DNA of 64,000 bases from Macrostomum lignano (taxonomy: Eukaryota). Below, in pieces: positions 1 through 15,449 of the stretch (its first letter is position 1; the number at the start of each line of letters is the position of its first letter). Made by a program: the position numbers and the translations under genes. The notes under the pieces are model-generated. The model saw nothing but the letters and a program-made list of their open reading frames with translations. It made no database searches and was not told the origin of the DNA. The stretch is taken from positions 186,001 through 250,000 of the forward strand of contig NIVC01001237.1 of the NCBI GenBank assembly GCA_002269645.1, written 5' to 3'.

Positions 1-64
1 GTTGCACCATCACTAAACTCATAAAGCAGTTACTCGTATAGAGCAATTTAACCGTTATCTAAAG

Positions 65-1015
<951 letters not shown>

Positions 1016-1488
1016 GGGCAATCCAAGATTACAGGTCCAGCTGGCTAGGTAACTGTGCAAATTCGGATGCAGCAGGAGTCAGAAGAGCCAAAACAATCCC
1101 CAATTCCCGTGGCTTTATCTGTCGGTAAACCTCCAACTCAACTCATATTGTACCTACACAGTTAGTTGTACTAAAGTTTTTTTACTGTTCTGACGAGAAC
1201 AATAGAGCCATTCTTCGTCACGGCAGAATGGACTTGGGGGGTCGGGGGAGTGTGGGAGACAGCATATTTTTTCCCAAAATTCCCACCATACACAACACAG
1301 CCAGTATAATATTATAGCTAATATACTCGCACCCGTATCTGGTTGCTGGGGGCGACTCAAGAAAATCCTGACTTTTGTACTCACTTCTCCCAACAAAACT
1401 ATTATTTCTGTTCTATTATTTGTTTAAAAACTTCAGTACAGAGGTTTGAATTTTACGTCACCTAGAAGTCTTCTAAAATTGGATGCTT

Positions 1489-1946
1489 GAAACTTAGGTT
1501 CCAGTGATGAAACTTAGGTTCCAGTGATGAAACTTATGTCTAGTGATGAAATTTATGTCTAGTGATGAAATTTAGGTCTAGTGATGAAATTTAGGTCTAG
1601 TGATGAAATTTAGGTCTAGTGATGAAATTTAGGTCTAGTGATGAAATTTATGTCTAGTGATGAAATTTAGGTCTAGTGATGAAATTTAGGTCTAGTGATG
1701 AAATTTAGGTCTAGTGATGAAATTTATGTCTAGTGATGAAATTTAGGTCTAGTGATGAAATTTAGGTCTAGTGATGAAATTTAGGTCTAGTGATGAAATT
1801 TAGGTCTAGTGATGAAATTTATGTCTAGTGATGAAATTTAGGTCTAGTGATGAAATTTAGGTCTAGTGATGAAATTTAGGTCTAGTGATGAAATTTAGGT
1901 CTAGTGATGAAATTTAGGTCTAGTGATGAAATTTACGTCTAGTGAT
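1489..1946. repeat. 19-bp minisatellite (GGTCTAGTGATGAAATTTA)n, ~24 copies
   Basis: Direct inspection. Confidence 0.95.
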
Positions 1947-2599
1947 TCAGTCTTTTAGAATTTAGATATTTTGAAATTTAGGTCCAGTGTTGAAATTCAG
2001 GTCTTTTGACCCTTTGAGCACGGACTCGAACTCGGTTACATTGGTACGAGAGTTCAATCCATTAATTGAAGAGCTGCCCCTGCCCCTAACCCTCAGACAG
2101 ACAGCCTAATTAGTTCAATCTCTTAATTTAATTGGCTCATTAAATTTACACAAGAAGTTACAATTAAAATTATTACAACTAAAAACCGAGTCACGTGGCG
2201 ACACCTAATGCAGGAGGGCTTGCGGCCACCATAGCCCTCACGGCTGTGAATGTCACGACAACTCATGCGCATCAAAGGTTCACCGCTGAGTTCAGGGACT
2301 ACGGTAACTTCAACATATTAGTTAGTAATGTTATAAAGGTAAGCTTTAGATGAGCAGATAGAAAGTTAACTGAGCTAACAATAGGTTTAATGGGTTTAAA
2401 ACAAACCGTTCCCCACTGCCCTTCCCTCTGTCAGTGTTTGCCTTCGGCTCTTGTACTAATTAAATAAAAACACTAACACAATGCCGCCATGCACTGGCTC
2501 TATCGCTAACACTTTCCCCCGTTTTCTTCTAGGCCCTGTGAGTACGAAGTACTGGCACCTCTAACCAGGTATTTTTTGGAGAGGGATTTCCCGGAGTGG

Positions 2600-4620
2600 A
2601 GTATCAAGCAAATGCGAGAAATCCCCCCCCCCCAAGATATCAATCATGAAAAATCCCCCCCAAAAATGCCCATCGTGAGAAGTCCCCCCCCAAAATATCC
2701 ATCGTGAGAAGTCCCCCCCTAAAATATCCATCGTGAGAAGTCCCCCCCAAAATATCCATCGTGAAAAGTCCCCCCCCAAAATATCCATCGTAAGAAGTCC
2801 CCCCAAAATATCCATCGTGAGAAGTCCCCCCAAAGTATCCATCGTGAGAAGTCCCCCCCCCAAAATATCCATCGTGAGAAGTCCCCCCCCAAAGTATCCA
2901 TCGTGAGAAGTCCCCCCCAAAATATCCATCGTGAGAAGCCCCCCCAAAGTATCCATCGTGAGAAGTCCCCCCCCCCAAAGTATCCATCGTGAGAAGTCCC
3001 CCCCCAAAGTATCCATCGTGAGAAGTCCCCCCCCCAAAGTATCCATCGTGAGAAGTCCCCCCCCCAAAATATCCATCGTGAGAAGTCCCCCCAAAATATC
3101 CATCGTAAGAAGTCCCCCCCAAAATATCCATCGTAAGAAGTCCCCCCAAAATATCCATCGTAAGAAGTCCCCCACAAAATATCCATCGTAAGAAGTCCCC
3201 CCAAAATATCCATCGTGAGAAGTCCCCCCCCAAAGTATCCATCGTGAGAAGTCCCCCCCCCCAAAATATCCATCGTGAGAAGTCCCCCCCCCAAAATATC
3301 CATCGTAAGAAGTCCCCCCCAAAATATCCATCGTAAGAAGTCCCCCCCCCAAAATATCCATCGTAAGAAGTCCCCCTAAAATATCCATCGTAAGAAGTCC
3401 CCCCCAAAATATCCATCGTAAGAAGTCCCCCCCCCAAAATATCCATCGTAAGAAGTCCCCCCCCAAAATATCCATCGTAAGAAGTCCCCCCCCCAAAATA
3501 TCCATCGTAAGAAGTCCCCCCCAAAATATCCATCGTAAGAAGTCCCCCCAAAATATCCATCGTAAGAAGTCCCCCCCCAAAATATCCATCGTAAGAAGTC
3601 CCCCCCCTAAATATCCATCGTAAGAAGTCCCCCCCCCAAAATATCCATCGTAAGAAGTCCCCCCCTAAATATCCATCGTAAGAAGTCCCCCCCCCAAAAT
3701 ATCCATCGTAAGAAGTCCCCCCCAAAATATCCATCGTAAGAAGTCCCCCCCTAAATATCCATCGTAAGAAGTCCCCCCCAAAATATCCATCGTAAGAAGT
3801 CCCCCCAAAATATCCATCGTAAGAAGTCCCCCCAAAATATCCATCGTAAGAAGTCCCCCCTAAAATATCCATCGTAAGAAGTCCCCCCCAAAATATCCAT
3901 CGTGAGAAGTCCCCCCCAAAGTATCCATCGTGAGAAGTCCCCCCCCCAAAATATCCATCGTGAGAAGTCCCCCCCAAAGTATCCATCGTGAGAAGTCCCC
4001 CCCAAAATATCCATCGTGAGAAGTCCCCCCCCAAAATATCCATCGTAAGAAGTCCCCCCAAAATATCCATCGTAAGAAGTCCCCCCCAAAATATCCATCG
4101 TAAGAAGTCCCCCCAAAATATCCATCGTGAGAAGTCCCCCCCCCCAAAGTATCCATCGTGAGAAGTCCCCCCCCAAAATATCCATCGTGAGAAGTCCCCC
4201 CCAAAATATCCATCGTAAGAAGTCCCCCCCAAAATATCCATCGTAAGAAGTCCCCCCCCAAAATATCCATCGTAAGAAGTCCCCCCCAAAATATCCATCG
4301 TAAGAAGTCCCCCCCAAAGTATCCATCGTGAGAAGTCCCCCCCCAAAATATCCATCGTAAGAAGTCCCCCCCCAAAATATCCATCGTGAGAAGTCCCCCC
4401 CCAAAGTATCCATCGTGAGAAGTCCCCCCCCAAAATATCCATCGTAAGAAGTCCCCCCCAAAATATCCATCGTAAGAAGTCCCCCCCCAAAATATCCATC
4501 GTGAGAAGTCCCCCCCAAAATATCCATCGTGAGAAGTCCCCCCCCAAAGTATCCATCGTGAGAAGTCCCCCCCAAAGTATCTATCGTGAGAAGCCCCCCC
4601 CCCCAAAAATATCCATCGCA
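2600..4620. repeat. ~29-bp minisatellite GAAGT(C)6-10AAAATATCCATCGT(G/A)A, ~2 kb
   Basis: Direct inspection; the variable poly-C run produces the overlapping junk ORFs 2561-4621. Confidence 0.95.
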
Positions 4621-4706
4621 ATCAGTGCTGACTGAACACTGATATCAATCCTTGTTTAAAAACATTGCAGAAGAAGAAAAACAATGAGAGTTGTCAAAGT
4701 TGTCTT

Positions 4707-4709
<3 letters not shown>

Positions 4710-4742
<33 letters not shown>
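4710..4742. repeat. (CA)n microsatellite
   Basis: Direct inspection. Confidence 0.95.
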
Positions 4743-4743
<1 letters not shown>

Positions 4744-5123
4744 CGAAAACAAGACACAAGTTGGACAGAGCTGTCATGCTTTTAATCCAGCTTCAGTTTT
4801 GCGTACTACATGACTTACAGAGACTGCGCTGTGCTGTATAAAAACATACTAGTTAGCCTACCCACCCACTCCCCCCCAGGTTGGCAAACTTAATTACTTG
4901 AGAAGGCTGAGACAGAGATGAAGAGAGAGGGGGGAAAGCGTGAGAACTATTATAACTCCAAAGCAGAGACATACAAAGAGCCAATCTCATTCTCTGTTGT
5001 CATTTCGTGTGCAGTAATGCAGTTTCTATAATGCGTCTCTACGCTTCCCCCACCCGCCAAGTCTTCTCCCAAGTATGAATGTAAGTCGATACGGCGAAGG
5101 AAACTGAGAGAAGATGAAGCTAG

Positions 5124-5195
<72 letters not shown>

Positions 5196-5198
5196 AGA
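5124..5198. repeat. (GA)n microsatellite
   Basis: Direct inspection. Confidence 0.95.
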
Positions 5199-5384
5199 GT
5201 TCTGCACTGTCATATAGGGTAAAGTAGGCTAAACAATGTTAGGACCACGTCAATAGGTGCATGAGACAAATAATATTATTATCATTACTTCAAGCGATGT
5301 AATCATACTATGCGTTTCAGACAAAATATCTGCATTTCAAGTTATCAAATTATTTTTCATTTTGATAGGACTTTTTATAAACCC

Positions 5385-6440
5385 CATTTCTTCACATTCC
5401 CCAGTCTGTCTTGTGCATCACTTCATAAACCCCAGATATTCACATTCCCCAGTCTGTCTTGTGTGTCACTTCATAAACCACAGATCTTCACATTCCCCAG
5501 TCTGTCTTGTGTGTCACTTCATAAACCCCAGATCTTCACATTCCCCAGTCTGTCTTGTGTGTCACTTCATAAACCCCAGATCTTCACATTCCCCAGTCTG
5601 TCTTGTGTGTCACTTCATAAACCCCAGATCTTCACATTCCCCAGTCTGTCTTGTGTGTCACTTCATAAACCACAGATCTTCACATTCCCCAGTCTGTCTT
5701 GTGTGTCATTTCATAAACCCCAGATCCTCACATTCCCCAGTCTGTCTTGTGTGTCACTTCATAAACCACAGATCTTCACATTCCCCAGTCTGTCTTGTGT
5801 GTCACTTCATAAACCCCAGATCCTCACATTCCCCAGTCTGTCTTGTGTGTCACTTCATAAACCACAGATCTTCACATTCCCCAGTCTGTCTTGTGTGTCA
5901 CTTCATAAACCCCAGATCTTCACATTCCCCAGTCTGTCTTGTGTCTCACTTCATAAACCCCAGATCTTCACATTCTCCAGCCTGTCTTGTGTGTCACTTC
6001 ATAAACCCCAGATCTTCACATTCCGCAGTCTGTCTTGTGTGTCACTTCATAAACCCCAGATCTTTACATTCTCCAGCCTGTCTTGTGTGTCACTTCATAA
6101 ACCCCAGATCTTTACATTCCCCAGTCTGTCTTGTGTGTCACTTCATAAACCCCAGATCTTCACATTCTCCAGCCTGTCTTGTGTGTCACTTCATAAACCC
6201 CAGATCTTCACATTCCCCAGTCTGTCTTGTGTGTCACTTTATAAACCACAGATCTTCACATTCCCCAGTCTGTCTTGTGTGTCACTTCATAAACCCCAGA
6301 TCCTCACATTCCCCAGTCTGTCTTGTGTGTCACTTCATAAACCACAGATCTTCACATTCCCCAGTCTGTCTTGTGTGTCACTTCATAAACCCCAGATCTT
6401 CACATTCCCCCAGTCTGTCTTGTGTGTCACTTCATAAACC
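5385..6440. repeat. 48-bp minisatellite, ~22 copies
   Basis: Unit CACATTCCCCAGTCTGTCTTGTGTGTCACTTCATAAACCCCAGATCTT; gives 16-aa periodic ORFs. Confidence 0.95.
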
Positions 6441-7159
6441 ACCTCCTATGTAGAAGTCCCGAAGTTCATATTCATAGATGATTCATAATTCATATTCACA
6501 CTTATAAAATACCAACACTATGCTTCTTTATGGAACTAATCAGCACACTAATCAGAGTCTTTGTCTCTGCTGCCTGTGTCTGCTGGACCCCCTCTCAAGC
6601 GGACCACCCTGAAAGTGCATGTGGACTATGAATATACAGCATAACGTTAAAGAACGTATAGTTACTAAGCTATACAGTTTAGAATTAGCAGTAGTTGGCA
6701 AAAAAACACACACACTAGTTGTCTAGCATAGTAACACTAGTTTATGATCAAAAGTTCATTAATGATGACCGAAAAATTAGGAAGCGTTGCTAATAATTTA
6801 CTAGATTAGTATTTTAGTGAGCCATAAAAATATAAAATTCAGTTAGTAATATAAAGTGACGTATATGTGTGTGTGAATGAGTCACTTGGCGCTCGCGTGG
6901 TAAATTGGGAGCAAAAAGGGAAGGGAGTTGACCCTATAGGCCCCGCAGAGGCGCACCACCTCACCTCCCACTCCTACACTTGCCTGCACAATACAGCAAT
7001 AATCCTCTTCTAACCAAAGTTTAGGAAGAGGCACAGTGTTTAGGGTGGTTGATTCAAATGTCTTACAACCCTTGGTCCAGGCTATGACTGGCTAGCGCCA
7101 ATCTGCATCTCTCTCTTCTGAGGGGTGAACTTTGGGGGTTTTGGCTTGGGAGTTTAGCA

Positions 7160-7965
7160 GGCAGACAGACATGGAGGAAAGGGGAGACACAGACAGACAG
7201 ACAGGGAGGAAGGGAGGAAGGGGAGACACAGACAGACAGACAGGGAGGAAGGGGAGACACAGACAGACAGACAGGGAGGAAGGGGAGACACAGACAGACA
7301 GACAGGGAGGAAGGGGAGACACAGACAGACAGACAGGGAGGAAGGGGAGACACAGACAGACAGACAGGGAGGAAGGGGAGACACAGACAGACAGACAGGG
7401 AGGAAGGGGAGACACAGACAGACAGACGGGGAGGAAAGGGGAGACACAGACAGAGACAGACAGGAAGGGTAGACACAGACAGACAGGGAGGGAGGAAGGG
7501 AAGACACAGACAGACAGACAGGGAGGGAGGAAAGGGGAGACACAGACAGACAGACAGACAGACAGGGAGGGAGGAAAGGGGAGACACAGACAGACAGACA
7601 GACAGACAGGGAGGGAGGAAAGGGGAGACACAGACAGACAGACGGGGAGGAAAGGGGAGACACAGACAGACAGACAGGGAGGGAGGGAGGAAAGGGGAGA
7701 CACAGACAGACAGACAGGGAGGAAGGGGAGACACAGACAGACAGACAGGGAGGAAGGGTAGACACAGACAGACAGACAGGGAGGAAGGGGAGACACAGAC
7801 AGACAGACGGGGAGGAAAGGGGAGACACAGACAGACAGACAGACAGAGACACACAGAAGGGGAGACACAGACAGAGACAGACAGGAAGGGGTAGATACAC
7901 AAACACCAAGGGGGGACACAGAAAGACAGACTGAGGAAGGAACCGACAGACACAGACACAGACAA
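7160..7965. repeat. ~31-bp compound repeat of (GACA)n and GGGAGGAAGGGGA
   Basis: Direct inspection. Confidence 0.9.
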
Positions 7966-8709
7966 AGAGAGTAAAAAAAGGATGGAAGAAGCTACCAGGA
8001 ACTTGAACGCAAAGCATTCTGCCTGTAATACGCTAGAACTTTCGGGTAGCTTTTTTTCTTTCTAACTTCTAAAATTATTTTGCATTCACTGCGGAAAAGA
8101 GGAAGGCGGGAAGCAAGCAAGGTGAGAAGGGTGGGGGGCAGCAGTTGCTAGCAGTTGAAAGAAGCCGAACAAAGAACTAATACTAATCTCTTCAATAGGG
8201 TTGCAAGAAAAAGTATAAGAATTCTGTGGGAGGGACGGTCATAGAGAGAGTCGGAGAGATGCATACGAGTATAAGTATAAGAGAAAGTACTTCAGCTATG
8301 TTTTTTTTCATTTTCCTCACCTAGAGAAGAGCACAGGCTGAGCAAAAATACCACAGACTTTTATCTGCAGTATTTTGCAGTTGCCGAGCTGCATCTAGCA
8401 TGAGAGAGTAGAAAAAAACAATTAGTTATAATGCGCATTTTAGTTTAAAGTACATGGTCAAACTACCCCAGCCACTATGGGGAAATTTGAAACCCCCCCT
8501 AGATTGGATGGAAATTTGATGAAGCTGAGATGCTGCATTCAAATAATCAATTAGGCACAAATAGATAGGTAGATAGATGTGTACAGATATATGATGATGC
8601 GAGCTGCCTGGCTAAGAGCTGATGCGCTGCTTCAGTGTCCATGTTGTCCATCAAACACCGAAAATGTATCGATGTAGAATTGCATCTCTATTTTCACACT
8701 TTCTACTCT

Positions 8710-9870
8710 ATCTCCTTCCGCTCTCTCCTTCCGCACTCTGCCACCTCCTTCTGCCCTCTCCTCTACCTCCTTCCGCTCTCTCCTCTACCCTCTTCCGCTC
8801 TCTCCGCTACCCTCTTCCGCTCTCTTCGGCTCTTCTTCCGCTCTCTCTGCTACCCTCTTCCGCTCTCTCCGCTACCCTCTTCCGCTCTCTTCGGCTCTTC
8901 TTCCGCTCTCTCCGCTACCCTCTTCTGCTCTTCTTCCGCTCTCTCCGCTACCCTCTTCCGCTCTCTCCTCTACCCTCTTCCGCTCTCTTCGCTACTTCTT
9001 CCGCTCTCTCCTCTACCCTCTTCCGCTCTCTTTGCTACTTCTTCCGCTCTCTCCTCTACCCTCTTCCGCTCTCTTTGCTACTTCTTCCGCTCTCTCTGCT
9101 ACCCTCTTCCGCTCTCTTCGCTACTTCTTCCGCTCTCTCCTCTACCCTCTTCCGCTCTTTTCGCTACTTCTTCCGCTCTCTCCTCTACCCTCTTTCGCTC
9201 TCTTCGCTACTTCTTCCGCTCTCTCCTCTACCCTCTTCCGCTCTCTCCTCTACCCTCTTCCGCTCTCTCCTCTACCCTCTTCCGCTCTCTCCGCTACCCT
9301 CTTCCGCTCTCTTCGCTACTTCTTCCGCTCTCTCCTCTACCTTCTTTCGCTCTCTTCGCTACTTCTTCCGCTCTCTCCTCTACCCTCTACCGCTCTCTCC
9401 TCTACCCTCTTCCGCTCTCTCCTCTACCCTCTTCCGCTCTCTCCTCTACCCTCTTCCGCTCTCTCCGCTACCCTCTTCCGCTCTCTTCGCTACTTCTTCC
9501 GCTCTCTCCTCTACCTTCTTTCGCTCTCTTCGCTACTTCTTCCGCTCTCTCCTCTACCCTCTACCGCTCTCTCCTCTACCCTCTTCCGCTCTCTCATCTA
9601 CCCTCTTCCGCTCTCTCCTCTACCCTCTTCCGCTCTCTCATCTACCCTCTTCCGCTCTCTTCGCTACTTCTTCCGCTCTCTCCTCTACCCTCTTCCGCTC
9701 TCTTCGCTACTTCTTCCGCTCTCTCCTCTACCCTCTTTCGCACTCTTCGCTACTTCTTCCGCTCTCTCCTCTACCCTCTTCCGCTCTCTCCTCTACCCTC
9801 TTCCGCTCTCTCCGCTACTCTCTTCCGCTCTCTCCGCTACATTCTCCCACTTTCTCCTCTCCATCATCTA
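8710..9870. repeat. 21/22-bp CT-rich minisatellite (CCGCTCTCTCCTCTACCCTCTT / CCGCTCTCTTCGCTACTTCTT)
   Basis: Direct inspection; two interleaved unit variants. Confidence 0.93.
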
Positions 9871-10619
9871 CCTCCATCCGCTCTCTTCTCACAACTCCAG
9901 TGGCAAAAGTACATACGCGTGTAAAACTAATGGTAATGCAAGATATTATGAACGCTAATAATTAGAGCCCAGCAACCGACCGGTAAGGTGTATGGGGCGA
10001 TTGAGCGAGGAAGAGAAGAACAATGACCAGGTCTAGAACTGTACCTCAGGCTGCTCGGGTCTGATTGACAGCACAGACAGGGTAGAGAAGAGAATAGAAC
10101 AGCCCATAAGCTTCCGGAGTCATAAAATTAGGACTGACTATCAAAAAAGCCCAAGTCAACAATTACCTTAAGAGCCCCTAAAGTCCTTATCTAGATTCTC
10201 TATTTCCTAATCTCTCAGGTGAAATTAAAATTAACGAGAATATTGCAACTAAAGCCGATAGTTAGTTAGCAAGTTAAATTTGTGAAATTAAGTTGAAGTA
10301 CTTTCGATTTCCATTCACCATTTTTTCAAGACTAATTCTCGCCTCTACTTCTAGAGCCAAAAATAGTCAGTTGTATTTGCCTAGCGGTTTCAGTTGACGG
10401 TTTAGAAATAAAAGAAGATAAATCGATTAAAATGACACATTTCTAAGGACAATTCTGCCCATATACGTGTCAGAAAACTCTTAAGACCCTTTATCCCAAA
10501 ATGTTATAATATTGTGTGCTTCTAAATATTATCTCTATATACAATATTTTATTAAGCAATAAACCTCTTTAAAGAATCCCAATTTCATAGGAAAACTACA
10601 CATCGAATTCCCATAGAAA

Positions 10620-11990
10620 ATTCGCAAAACATCACAGAAACTCCATCAGAAATCCCCATAGAAACTCCATCCCAAATCCCCATAGAAACCCCATCCCAAA
10701 TCCCCATAGAAACTCCATCCCAAATCCCCATAGAAACCCCATCCCAAATCCCCATAGAAACCCCATCCCAAATCCCCATAGAAACCCCATCTCAAATCCC
10801 CATAGAAACTCCATCCCAAATCCCCATAGAAACTCCATCCCAAATCCCCATAGAAACTCCATCCCAAATCCCCATAGAAAGTCCATAATAAATCCCCATC
10901 GAAACTCCATCCCAAATCCCCATAGAAACTCCATCCCAAATCCCCATAGAAACTCCATAACAAATCCCCATAGAAACTCCATCCCAAATCCCCATAGAAA
11001 CCCCATCCCAAATCCCCATAGAAACCCCATCCCAAATCCCCATAGAAACCCCATCTCAAATCCCCATAGAAACTCCATCCCAAATCCCCATAGAAACTCC
11101 ATCCCAAATCCCCATAGAAACTCCATCCCAAATCCCCATAGAAAGTCCATAATAAATCCCCATCGAAACTCCATCCCAAATCCCCATAGAAACTCCATCC
11201 CAAATCCCCATAGAAACTCCATAATAAATCCCCATCGAAACTCCATCCCAAATCCCCATAGAAACTCCATCCCAAATCCCCATAGAAACTCCATCCCAAA
11301 TCCCCATAGAAACTCCATCCCAAATCCCCATAGAAACTCCATCCCAAATCCCTATAGAAACTCCATCCCAAATCCCCATAGAAACTCCATCCCAAATCCC
11401 CATAGAAACCCCATCCCAAATCCCCATAGAAACTCCATCCCAAATCCCCATCGAAACTCCATCCCAAATCCCCATAGAAACTCCATCCCAAATCCCCATA
11501 GAAACTCCATCCCAAATCCCCATAGAAACTCCATCCCAAATCCCCATAGAAACTCCATAATAAATCCCTATCGAAACTCCATCCCAAATCCCCATAGAAA
11601 CTCAATCCCAAATCCCCATAGAAACTCCATAATAAATCCCTATCGAAACTCCATCCCAAATCCCCATAGAAACTCCATCCCAAATCCCTATAGAAACAAG
11701 CATAAATCCCCATAGAAACTCCATCCCAAATCCCCATAGAAACTCCATCCCAAATCCCCACAGAAACTCCATCCCAAATCCCCACAGAAACTCCATCCCA
11801 AATCCCCATAGAAACTCCATCCCAAATCCCCATAGAAACTCCATCCCAAATCCCCATAGAAACTCCATAATAAATCCCCATCGAAACTCCATCCCAAATC
11901 CCCATAGAAACAAGCATAAATCCCCATAGAAACTCCATCCCAAATCCCCATAGAAACTCCATCCCAAATCCCCACAGAAACTCCATCATA
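10620..11990. repeat. 24-bp minisatellite (CCATCCCAAATCCCCATAGAAACT)n starting ~30 nt after the USP53 exon-2 donor
   Basis: Direct inspection. Confidence 0.95.
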
Positions 11991-12021
11991 AACCCAAAGC
12001 GGACTCGAATCGCGCACTCAC

Positions 12022-13555
12022 CTGTCCAAAAGTAACAGTTGATCCAACATTAGCCAACAAATCGCCCAAGTCCGCTCCGCTAGGCCTGTCCGAGTCCCAA
12101 ACCAGTCCCAGGCAAAGTAGATCCGGTCTAGACAACAGTTTCCGACGAAGTAACAAACAGCCGCCGCCTCCGCTGCCGCCGCATTTCGGACACGCTCTCA
12201 GATCGCCCGCTCCGGCCACTTTTCTTAAACCTAGGCCGAACACATCAGGACTGGGGTTGGCCCTGCCGATGCCCATGTGCCGGAGCTGGGAGAGCAGCGC
12301 ACCAGCTGACGCGTAGTGAGTGAGCTGAGTGAACCTGGGACCCGGCTGGACGAAACCGCATCTCGGACAGGCCCGCTCCTCTTGAATGTCCATGCCGAAC
12401 CGGCGGTGGGTGATGCAGTGGCCAGCTGTGCACTGCTGTTGCGGCTGCTGCTGCCGGACAAGATGAAAGTGCAACCGGCCGAGAATCTGTTCCAAGCATT
12501 CCGCGCTGTCGTCCATTTCGCCGAGTTGAAATCTGTCCGAGAATTGGGCGGCTAAAGCGGAACGAAGAACTCCAGCGTCTAAGGTTGGCCGGTCGCTGAA
12601 CCGGAGTTGAGTGAACACCACCTGGCAGTGGGGTGGGCGGGGTATGGAGGCTGGTTGCTGTATGCATGGCAGAGTGACGTGGTCTTATAGATACTTCTAG
12701 AATCGATAAACATCTATAGGCAGATTTTCTAGATATTTACTGAAGTATTTTTATTCTAAGAATCTAATGACCTGTCTTCTATAAACATCTATAGAGATTC
12801 ATAGAACTGTGTACTAGACATCTAGACATTAATTGAAATGTCTACTGGACATCTATATCTATAGACATTCATAGAACTGTCTACTAGATATCTAAAGACA
12901 TTCATTGAACTGCTAGACATCTATAGGCATCCATTGACAAACCTATTGACATCTATATACGCTTGCTAAACTGTCCTATAGACATCTATAGACACCTACT
13001 GAACTGCCATATAGACATCTATTAGACACCTACTGAATTGTTTTTTAAAAATTTATAGACATCTACAGAACTGTTTTACTAGACATATATAGACACCCAC
13101 TAAACTGACTTATAGACATCTATAGACACCTGCTAAACTGTATTATAGACATCTATAGAGACATCTACAGAACTGTCTTATAGACATTTTAAGACACCTG
13201 CTAAACTGTCTTATAGACATCTATAAAAATATCATATCGAACTGTCTTCTAAACATCTGTCTTATATAGTATATATCTTTCTAGTTTCTCAGCCAATTTT
13301 ACAAACCTTGAGTGCGCAGAACACGCAGCTGCGATGCCCGCTGCACAGATGCGAGGTCAGCTGGTTCAGGCCAGTCTGGAAAAGCTCCTGATGCCAGAGC
13401 AGCTGAACTGCACTATTAAGAAAGCAACTGTTGCTCCCAGGGTCATTGGCAAGACCCTTGATAAGCTGCTGAGGATGCATGGAGTTGGGACTCTGTGCTG
13501 AGTTCCCAAACTCTGGAGGGGGCTCCAGAATGCCAACTGCAGGATCCATTGCCAT
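12022..13555 (-). CDS. USP53: USP53/USP54 (echinus)-like deubiquitinase, N-terminal two coding exons only (13555-13307, 12621-12022); downstream exons not located
   Basis: Joined translation [22 protein letters not shown]...CVFCALK|VVFTQ...[15 protein letters not shown]...CITHRRFGM...LGLVWDSD matches the USP53/54 catalytic domain as I recall it ([40 protein letters not shown]). Donors AAG|GTTTGT (13306) and CAG|GTGAGT (12021), acceptor CCAG|GTG (12621), all phase 0. Confidence 0.9.
12690..13260. repeat. Degenerate TAGACATCTA-based tandem repeat filling USP53 intron 1
   Basis: Recurrent TAGACATCTATAGAC...AACTG motifs. Confidence 0.7.
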
Positions 13556-15449
13556 GACTTGGCAAAATATAGCTATATGTGAGGAGATTCCCACAAGATT
13601 GAGGACTTGGCCACAAATCCAGTGACATGCAATTAAAAAAATATTTTTTAAACAAAATGAATTAGAGTTTTAATGAACTCAATTTGATTGAATAGTAAAT
13701 ACTAAATATTAAATAAAAAATACTAAAACTATTGGGAACCAATCAAAAGGGCAACAGATCAAAAGGGCGACAGTCAAAAGGGCAACAATAAACCAGTTTC
13801 TAGTCCACATGTATTAGACTTGCATGTATTTGTCAAAATGTATATTTGTTAAAATGAATTTTGTTTAAAATGTACAAGTAGTTAAAATGTACATCTTAGA
13901 GTTGTATTGACATTCTATATATGAGTAATGCATACTTAGGTATTAAAGGACGGGAAACCCTGTTTTTTAGAAGATTTTGAGACAGTTTTTTTTTCAAAAA
14001 ACATTAATGGACATAGCAAGTTTTTATTTTCAGCATAGAAAGTTGTTATTGTTTTTAGTCTAGACTCAATGAGTCAATGCTCACCTTTTGATATGTTCTG
14101 CCTTTTTTATTGGTCTATTGATATTCATAAAGCTTTTTAATAGTTGGCTAAGAATTATAAAATAGATCGCAAAATAATATTACTACTTGTAAATTTTAAC
14201 AAAGTTAACAAATATGCCTGTACAAATCTAGGCTTAAATATATTTTGAACACAGAAGTCTAATACATGTGAACTTATAATTGAAATAAAAAAATTAGATT
14301 GTCACCTTTTTACTATTACCTTTTGACCTATAGCCATACTATCTAGTAGGCCTATAAATATTTTTTGGATCTTAGAATTTATTTAGATATATAGTTGCTT
14401 ATATTATATATATAATATATAAAATAATATACTAATATAAGCATATTAATAAACATATATAAGTATTTATTAAAAATCTACTAATTTAATCCTATTTTAA
14501 TAGTAAACATATAGTATAGTAATACATAATTTGATAATATAAACAAATTCTTTAAGCAAAGTACCTAAGTTGAGTTTTGTTGTAATATAAAATTATAAAA
14601 ATGAAAAATAAAAAATCTATATTAACCAACTTTGGCTCTTGATTTATATTGTTCATTATGGCCCAATTGATCTATAAAAATGATTAAAAAGATTATTAAT
14701 TATTTTTAATTTGATATTTGTCTTGACATTAGAAATTGCCAAGGACATGAATACATGATTTATTATATATGAAAAGCAATTAAAAATATAGTATAAATAC
14801 AATGCATATGCAATAGCTACGTACTTGCCAAGTTAAAAATGAGAATTTTATATTTGTTGATAAAAGAAATTAATTTCTCTAAGTCTAAGGAAAGGCCTAT
14901 TAGGTATTGGCTAAGACACAAAGATATAAAAATTTAAAGAATAAATGAAGCGAATGAATAAATGAAATAAGAGAACACAATTTCTAGGCCTATCAAAATT
15001 TTAATTATAACTAAATGAACAATGCCTAGCCTTTTATACACAGTTAAAATTGTGACATTCTTTAGTTTTGGTTCTACTGTTTTGAAGTAGGCCTATTTTC
15101 GCAAAAAATCAATCAGCATAGCCTCATTGATGATCAATGAACTCATTTGTTCACTTTTATTATTTTTAACTAAGTGACTACTACTATTTTATATTATATA
15201 AGAAGCTCACTCCTAGCAAAAAGTGCAATTTTATGTGGTTTTTATGGATATCATATTTTGCAATTTTGGATAGGCCTTTTGGCATTGCTGACTAGTGGTA
15301 GTGACTAACAGCTAACCTGTCTTCATGGTTTTTTACTCTGAAAAGTCTAGCTTTAAGACAAAGTTTAGATTTCTTTTATAACGTTTTGTTATTTTATCTA
15401 AAAATTAAAGATATTTTTTTTAATATATAACATATATGCTTGTAACTAC

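Noticed and set aside
2010-2085. tRNA-like sequence with B-box GAGTTCGAGTCC on the minus strand (a similar one, GGCTCGATTCC, at ~49459-49520)
   Set aside because: No acceptor stem or cloverleaf can be formed; at most these are decayed tRNA-derived SINE heads.
1154-8400. Isolated splice-like signals and short ORFs (1154-1396, 2533-2568, 4950-5213, 8300-8390) as missing USP53 exons or another gene
   Set aside because: None translates to recognisable USP53 or other motifs, and no consistent multi-exon frame could be built.
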